Assembly (NCBI GenBank): GCA_049972095.1
Contig: JBMFKQ010000017.1
Location: 1-32,222 of the forward strand
Direction: 5' to 3'
Source of the DNA: Elusimicrobiales bacterium
GTDB lineage: Bacteria; Elusimicrobiota; Elusimicrobia; Elusimicrobiales; UBA9959
Length of the DNA: 32,222 bases
Below the pieces are notes generated by a model. The model saw only the letters and a program-made list of their open reading frames with translations, did no database searches and had not been told where the DNA came from. This document shows positions 27,023-32,222 of the stretch, piece after piece (positions within the stretch are counted from its first letter, which is position 1; each line of letters opens with the position of its first letter). The position numbers and the translations under genes are program-made.

Positions 27023-29641
27023 ATGAGTTTTTCTCAGATATATGTTTTTGGTAAGAGATTTGATATGATTGATAAATTTGTGCTTAAGTATATTGAGGAA
27101 AAAATCCCTTCAGCAAAGCAGAATATTTATTCAAAGAAAGTCTCTGACATAATTGATGTGCTGGATAGGGTTGGAAGGGTTTTTGCCGATAAAAAATCTA
27201 TGCCATATAAAGTTGCCATTGAGGATCTCAGTAAGAATATAAAGTTCTCACTGCCTATGATAGAGCAAACCCTTGATCTTGTGCCACAAATACTTTCTAA
27301 GAAAAGCCTTGAAAAGAGGCTTTTGCTTGAGCTTGGATATCCATCATCACTTGATGGTATGGTGGAAAGGGATTCTTATAGAGGAATGCTAACTGCATAT
27401 CCAAAGGGGGTTGTGTTTCATGTTGGGGCTGGCAATGTTTTTATAGGGATACTTGACTCTCTTATTATGGGTTTAATAACAAAGAATGTAAATATAGTTA
27501 AGATTTCATCAAAAGGCTCAAACTTTATGAATATATTTTGTGATTTGCTTGATGATATAGACAGAAAGGATATAATTTCTAAAAGCTTTGCTATACTTAA
27601 ATGGAAAGGTGGTGAGAAAGAGATTGAGGAGAAAATAGTATCACTATCAGATCTTGTGCTTGTTTGGGGAGGATATGAGGTAGCTGATTATTACAGAAAA
27701 ACTGTTCCTTTTACTACTGACATTGAGATATTTGGGCCAAAGACAAGCTTTGGCATAGTAACAATGAACTACATATCAAGATACGGCTATTCTCACACTG
27801 CTAAGCAGATTGTTAAAGACTGTTCGATGTGGGACCAGGCTGCATGTTCAAATATGCATGACCTTTATATAATCTGTGATGAAAAAGATAGGGAGGTAGC
27901 TGTTAAAAATCTGATGAAAGAGATTAAAAAAAGCTTTATTGAGTTTGAAAAAAAACTTCCCTGTGGTAAGATAGATGAGGATGAGATGGTTGAGATAATA
28001 AAGGCAAGAGAGCTTGCCAGGGTTGATAAGGCAATGGGTTTGGCTGATGTTATGATTGGTAATAAATTTACTGTTATCTATGAAAAAGATCCATCATATC
28101 GTCTTTCACCACTCAATAGAACCCTTTATATAAAAACTGTCTCGAAGATTGATGAGCTTAAAAAACAGCTTCTTCCTTATAGACACTATCTTCAAAGCTG
28201 TGGTCTTGGGGCTGAACCATTCGAGATGAAAGAGATAATCAAGAAGTTTCACAGCACAGGGGTTCATAGATTCTGCGAGCTTGGAAAGATGAGTGAGGGT
28301 GAGGATGGATCACCTCATGATGGCAGGTTTGTGCTTTCAAGGCTTGTGAGATGGGTTGGTTTTGAGTGGAGTGAGTCGCTTGAAGATCGTATTATTGGCC
28401 TTGTCAATTTTGCAAAAACGAGCACTGATTTTTATAGTAGGTTTTATCGTAGGATAGAGGTGAAAAAACTATCTGATTTTAAAAAACTACCATTTCTTAC
28501 AAAGGAGCATCTTTTTGAAAATACACCACCATTAAATCTCTCAATCTTTAGCTCAAAGCCATCCAATGGAATATACTTTGCAAGCGGTGGTTCAACAGGA
28601 AAACCAAAGTATGTTTTTTATGATAGCCATGAATATTCAGAGATCTCCAAAATGCTTGCAGATGCTTATATAAAGGCTGGAATTGAAAAGGGAGATATTG
28701 TTGCAAACCTTTTTGTCAGTGGAAATCTTTGGTCAAGTTTTTTAAGTGTTGAAAGAGCTTTATCTTTAACTGATGCTGTAAGCCTTCCTATTGGTTCATC
28801 ACTTCCTCTTGAAAACATAACAGAATATCTTAAAGAGTTTAGTGTTAATGCTCTAATAGGGCTCCCATCTTTTCTTTTGAAACTGGCATCATATATTAAG
28901 GAGAAGAAGCTCAAGCTAAGGATAAACAAGATATTCTACGGTGGTGAGTACATAACTGATGAGATGATATCTTATTTTAAAGATGTTTTTGGCAAAGGCT
29001 GTTTAGTCAGATCAGCAGGATATGCGAGTGCTGATGCAGGTGTAATAGGGTACCAGTGCAGTCATCTTGAAAAAGGTTTTCATCATCTTTTTAAAGAGCA
29101 TCAATATCTTGAGATAATAAATCCGGATACACTTAAACCCGTAAAAGATGATGAGATAGGAGAGGTCGTAATAACACCCCTTTTTAAAAAAAGAATGCCT
29201 TTGATAAGATACAGAATTGGGGATCTTGCAAGATGGGTTAATGTAAAGTGTGGATGTGCAAGTGATGATCCTGTTTTTGAGATAGTTGGAAGATGTGATG
29301 ACAGAATTCATGCAGGTGGCGCTCATATATTTGTGTGGGATATTCAAAAAGCAATATCCCTTGTTAAAGGACTTAGCTTTAATTTTCAGATTATTGTTGA
29401 TAAGAAAGGTGTGAGAGATTTTATTGAGATTGTTGTTGAATCGAAAGATTTTACAAATTCAAAGGCTCTTTCTGAAAAGCTTATTGAAAAGATAATGGAA
29501 AACTGCCAGGATCTTGCCGAAAGTGTTAAGATGGGTTGGATAGATGTTCCTTCAGTGAAAATAGTTCCTTTTGATACAATTGAAAGGATTAGCCGCACAG
29601 GAAAGATAAAGAGGGTTGTTGATAGAAGGATAAAAGTTTGA
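27023..29641 (+). CDS. Fusion: LuxC-type acyl-CoA reductase (aa 1 to about 450) plus PaaK-like adenylate-forming ligase (C-terminal about 420 aa)
   Basis: N-part has PKGVVFHVGAGNV, VWGG, FGPKTSF, DQAACS (Cys275), LQSCG and PHDGRFVLSRLVRW. C-part has LPFLTK, ASGGSTGKPK, YASADAG, MPLIRYRIGD, GRCDD and RTGKIKRVVDRR. GGAGG SD. Confidence 0.9.
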   Translation: MSFSQIYVFGKRFDMIDKFVLKYIEEKIPSAKQNIYSKKVSDIIDVLDRVGRVFADKKSMPYKVAIEDLSKNIKFSLPMIEQTLDLVPQILSKKSLEKRLLLELGYPSSLDGMVERDSYRGMLTAYPKGVVFHVGAGNVFIGILDSLIMGLITKNVNIVKISSKGSNFMNIFCDLLDDIDRKDIISKSFAILKWKGGEKEIEEKIVSLSDLVLVWGGYEVADYYRKTVPFTTDIEIFGPKTSFGIVTMNYISRYGYSHTAKQIVKDCSMWDQAACSNMHDLYIICDEKDREVAVKNLMKEIKKSFIEFEKKLPCGKIDEDEMVEIIKARELARVDKAMGLADVMIGNKFTVIYEKDPSYRLSPLNRTLYIKTVSKIDELKKQLLPYRHYLQSCGLGAEPFEMKEIIKKFHSTGVHRFCELGKMSEGEDGSPHDGRFVLSRLVRWVGFEWSESLEDRIIGLVNFAKTSTDFYSRFYRRIEVKKLSDFKKLPFLTKEHLFENTPPLNLSIFSSKPSNGIYFASGGSTGKPKYVFYDSHEYSEISKMLADAYIKAGIEKGDIVANLFVSGNLWSSFLSVERALSLTDAVSLPIGSSLPLENITEYLKEFSVNALIGLPSFLLKLASYIKEKKLKLRINKIFYGGEYITDEMISYFKDVFGKGCLVRSAGYASADAGVIGYQCSHLEKGFHHLFKEHQYLEIINPDTLKPVKDDEIGEVVITPLFKKRMPLIRYRIGDLARWVNVKCGCASDDPVFEIVGRCDDRIHAGGAHIFVWDIQKAISLVKGLSFNFQIIVDKKGVRDFIEIVVESKDFTNSKALSEKLIEKIMENCQDLAESVKMGWIDVPSVKIVPFDTIERISRTGKIKRVVDRRIKV

Positions 29642-29642
29642 T

Positions 29643-30344
29643 TTACTGATTTCTTGTATCCCTGTCAGATAGAACTGATTCAAGGAAATTTTTTGCGATA
29701 TCCTTTGCACCAAGCCCAAAGGATATACCAACAGCAAGAGCAAAACCAAGTCCAAGAGAGGCAAAAAGTATATTTATGCTTGACCTTAGTAATTTTATAT
29801 CAAGTCCAAGCTGTTCTATAACTATTATGCTTGTGAAAACGAGGACTACTGTTGATATGATCTTTGAAAACATCTTTCCTGCTCTAAGATTATTTGCTAT
29901 GGCAGCGTTATAGACAATATCCTCTATAACCTTTGATATTACTATTCCAACAAAGCCTATTATTATTGCTGCAACTACCCGTGGTATGAATTTGATAAGG
30001 AATGTCTCAAGAATATTTGATATGAAGTTCAGCTTAAGTGCAGATGTTGCTGATGCTATGAATATTAGCATTACTATCCAGTATATTATTATCCTTAGTA
30101 TTTTTGATGGTGATTTGCCCATTCCTATTCTAAAGAGTATCTCGTTTATGCCAAATTTTGCTGTAACTGTATCAAGCCTTATCCTTTTCATTATATACTC
30201 AAAGAATGAGCTTATGACCCTTGCAAGGAAAAAACCAATGACTATGAATATAAATGCCGAAATCATATTAGGTATGTAGTCAAGAATAACACTCCATATC
30301 TTATATGTTGCATCCCCCAAAAGAGAAACAACCTCCCTTCCCAT
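29643..30344 (-). CDS. Conserved-TM-helix (MscS-associated / CmpX-like) membrane protein
   Basis: Two repeats (YIPNMISAFIFIVIGFFLARVI; FIPRVVAAIIIGFVG) and ALAVGISFGLGAKD; AAGGAG SD; no cytoplasmic MscS beta domain. Confidence 0.8.
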   Translation of the reverse strand: MGREVVSLLGDATYKIWSVILDYIPNMISAFIFIVIGFFLARVISSFFEYIMKRIRLDTVTAKFGINEILFRIGMGKSPSKILRIIIYWIVMLIFIASATSALKLNFISNILETFLIKFIPRVVAAIIIGFVGIVISKVIEDIVYNAAIANNLRAGKMFSKIISTVVLVFTSIIVIEQLGLDIKLLRSSINILFASLGLGFALAVGISFGLGAKDIAKNFLESVLSDRDTRNQ

Positions 30345-30383
30345 AACATCTCCTTTAATACGAGAGTTTAGAACTAAAACTAT

Positions 30384-30405
30384 TTTATCAAATTATCTTG
30401 ATAAA
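30384..30405. promoter_or_regulatory. Perfect 8-6-8 inverted repeat in divergent promoter region (candidate operator)
   Basis: TTTATCAA-attatc-TTGATAAA, immediately upstream of TATAAT at 30409-30414. Confidence 0.4.
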
Positions 30406-30421
30406 TTATATAATTTTTTTT

Positions 30422-31534
30422 ATGACTTTGAGGAATATTCTTTCAACCATAGGTTTTATATATGGTTATGAACCCAGTGGTCATTCGAGTGTTGCAAAGG
30501 CTGTTTGTGAGTTTCTACCTTCAGAGGTTGTTGCTTTTAGGTTTTTAAACCTTTCAGACATATTTTCTGATACTGCACGAGTGATTGTTAAAGGCTATCT
30601 TGAAATAATACAAAAAGCTCCTGGGCTATGGGGATATCTTTATGATAGCCCACTTCTTAGTTTTCTTCACAGAAATCTGGGTATAACCCCACCGCCCTCA
30701 TACACTGAAAAGATTGAAAGGGTTATAGTTAAAAATGGTATTGATTTTCTTGTTTCAACTCATGCATTTTCATCTATCATCGCAAACAGAAATAGTATGA
30801 GGATAAAACTAAAAAAGCACATAGGGATAATAACGGATATATATGCTCATTCTTTCTGGCCAAATGATCTTGATAGATATTTTGTTCCACATTATGAAAC
30901 TTATAAATCTCTTGCACTTAATGGTGTAGCACAGCATAAGATTGAGATTTCAGGTATGCCGCTAAGAAAAGAATTTTACATAAATTACAACCAGAGCAAA
31001 ATCAGGAAAAAACTCAAACTAAAAAATCGCTACACCTTTCTTATAAGCGGGGGAAGTAAGGGGCTTGGGGATATAATATCGGTCATAGAGGCTATAAGGA
31101 GCATAAAAAGAAAGGTTAATATAATAGTGCTTTGTGGTTTAAACAAGCATCTTATGAGGGAGATAAGGAGTATGAGATACATTGATGATTTGAAGATAAT
31201 GGCTGTTGGTTATCATCTTAACACTGCAATGTTTTATGCAGCAAGTGATTGTGTTATAGGAAAAGCCGGTGGAGTTACTCTTTTTGAAACAGCAGCAATG
31301 TCAAAACCTTTTATAGTGTGGAATGCCATACCCGGGCAGGAGGAAAGAAACAGAGATTTTTTAAAGAAACACTCATATGCCCTTTGCCCTTTGAATAAGA
31401 GTGAGTTGAGAGAGGCGATCTGGACTTTTTATTCTAACCATGATTTGGCATTGAGATATTCTCATTCAATATCAAACCTTCATAAAAAAGATGCTCCTGT
31501 TAGAATTGTGGATTATATCCTAAGCAATGTTTGA
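30422..31534 (+). CDS. MGDG-synthase/UgtP-like glycosyltransferase (GT28)
   Basis: SGHSSVAKA, VSTHAF, IITDI..H.FW, SGMPLRKEF, GGSKGLG, GKAGGVTLFE and IPGQEERN. Start placed at the ATG at 30422, 7 nt after TATAAT. Confidence 0.88.
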   Translation: MTLRNILSTIGFIYGYEPSGHSSVAKAVCEFLPSEVVAFRFLNLSDIFSDTARVIVKGYLEIIQKAPGLWGYLYDSPLLSFLHRNLGITPPPSYTEKIERVIVKNGIDFLVSTHAFSSIIANRNSMRIKLKKHIGIITDIYAHSFWPNDLDRYFVPHYETYKSLALNGVAQHKIEISGMPLRKEFYINYNQSKIRKKLKLKNRYTFLISGGSKGLGDIISVIEAIRSIKRKVNIIVLCGLNKHLMREIRSMRYIDDLKIMAVGYHLNTAMFYAASDCVIGKAGGVTLFETAAMSKPFIVWNAIPGQEERNRDFLKKHSYALCPLNKSELREAIWTFYSNHDLALRYSHSISNLHKKDAPVRIVDYILSNV

Positions 31535-31571
31535 GGTTTTAAAAATTGTAAAATATTTTTACATCAATTTT

Positions 31572-31643
31572 CGGGGAGTGGCTCAGTGGTAGAGCGCTCG
31601 CTTGGGGTGCGAGAGGCCCAGGGTTCGATTCCCTGCTCCCCGA
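31572..31643 (+). tRNA. tRNA-Pro (GGG), CCA not encoded
   Basis: Acceptor CGGGGAG/CTCCCCG, D arm GCTCAGTGGTAGAGC, anticodon arm CTCGC-TTGGGGT-GCGAG, T arm CAGGG-TTCGATT-CCCTG. Confidence 0.96.
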
Positions 31644-31698
31644 TATTGTTGATAAGTTGGTGTTTTTGTTGGATGGAGTTTATCATCCCCTGATTTTT

Positions 31699-31776
31699 CG
31701 GGGCGTGGCTCAGATGGCTTAGAGCGTCCGGTTCGGGACCGGAAGGTCGCCGGTTCAAATCCGGCCGCCCCGACCA
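31699..31776 (+). tRNA. tRNA-Pro (CGG), CCA encoded
   Basis: Acceptor CGGGGCG/CGCCCCG followed by ACCA, anticodon arm TCCGG-TTCGGGA-CCGGA, T arm GCCGG-TTCAAAT-CCGGC. Confidence 0.96.
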
Positions 31777-31833
31777 AGTAAGACTTTCATTATTTCTAGA
31801 AGAAAATGTTTGCTTGCTCGCCTCGCCTTCGGC

Positions 31834-31868
31834 TCGGCTCACTTCTCGCTTGCGAGCCGATGATTTTT
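31834..31868 (+). terminator. Possible intrinsic terminator after the tRNA pair
   Basis: TCGGCTC (31834-31840) pairs with GAGCCGA (31854-31860), followed by TGATTTTT. Confidence 0.35.
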
Positions 31869-32027
31869 AGAAAAGAAAAAGGATAAATGCCCTTGCCTCA
31901 GCCCTCCCGTGTGCGGGTATTTGAAATTAAACTCCCTAAAGTTTTCTTTACATTATCAAAGTAATTTTGTATCATAATTACAGATGGTGGTTACTCTATA
32001 GATACATACTATTATTTTAATACTACA

Positions 32028-32222
32028 ATGTCAAGAGAGATTTCGCAAATAGGCAAAAATATAAAGAAGTTAAGAAAACAAAAGGGTTTATCGCAAGACC
32101 GGCTTTCTAAATTGGCTGATATTTCTTATAACACGGTGATAAAGTTAGAGTCGGGCGGTATCACCAACCCTTCAATTGACACACTTCAAAAATTAGCCAA
32201 AGCCCTTAATGTCTCAGTCGAT
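32028..32222 (+). CDS. XRE/Cro-family helix-turn-helix regulator (runs off the window end; absent from the ORF track)
   Basis: Manual translation: MSREISQIGKNIKKLRKQKGLSQDRLSKLADISYNTVIKLESGGITNPSIDTLQKLAKALNVSVD, a classic HTH_3 pattern. Confidence 0.9.
   Translation, partial: MSREISQIGKNIKKLRKQKGLSQDRLSKLADISYNTVIKLESGGITNPSIDTLQKLAKALNVSVD

Noticed and set aside
24655..29641. Bioluminescence (lux) operon
   Set aside because: No luciferase luxA/luxB, luxD or luxG in the window; only the reductase and synthetase homologs are present.
1443..30279. Numerous short antisense or alternate-frame ORFs in the track (e.g. 1443-1634, 5625-5924, 17294-17683, 21054-21482, 24919-25353, 29012-29347, 29986-30279)
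   Set aside because: They lie within or largely overlap well-supported genes, and lack recognisable motifs or ribosome-binding sites; treated as shadow ORFs.
31564..31842. Minus-strand ORFs of 92 aa and 64 aa
   Set aside because: They are mostly antisense translations of the two tRNA genes; only the short part outside the tRNA is considered as a possible relic.

Overview
AT-rich bacterial chromosomal segment. Nearly all genes are on the + strand, and the codon style (CTT/ATA/AGA/AAG) is uniform. The organism appears to be a diderm, LPS-making anaerobe-type bacterium; my unverified impression is an Elusimicrobiota-like lineage. Most of the window is housekeeping: feoAB, a YejM/PbgA-like membrane sulfatase with a GT9 transferase, thiD, a phosphohexomutase, eno-ftsB, an MBL hydrolase, a HAD phosphatase, lgt, a RluA-family synthase, DUF4912 with GH57, three tandem lipoproteins ending in a CsgG/HfaB protein, comM-LysM-dprA-topA-xerC-dacB, a TM-helix/MscS-like protein, an MGDG-synthase-like glycosyltransferase and two tRNA-Pro genes. 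The standout is a compact three-gene operon (24655-29641): GNAT protein, LuxE-like acyl-protein synthetase, and a LuxC acyl-CoA reductase fused to a PaaK-like adenylate-forming ligase. No luxA, luxB or luxD is in the window, so it is a candidate uncharacterised acyl-reduction or small-molecule pathway. Other notable signals are a 27-28 bp motif at an identical offset upstream of the pgm and topA promoters, apparently leaderless first genes of operons, a GH57 lacking its acid/base Asp, and a probable island starting right after tRNA-Pro(CGG). All family calls come from motif recognition, not database searches.
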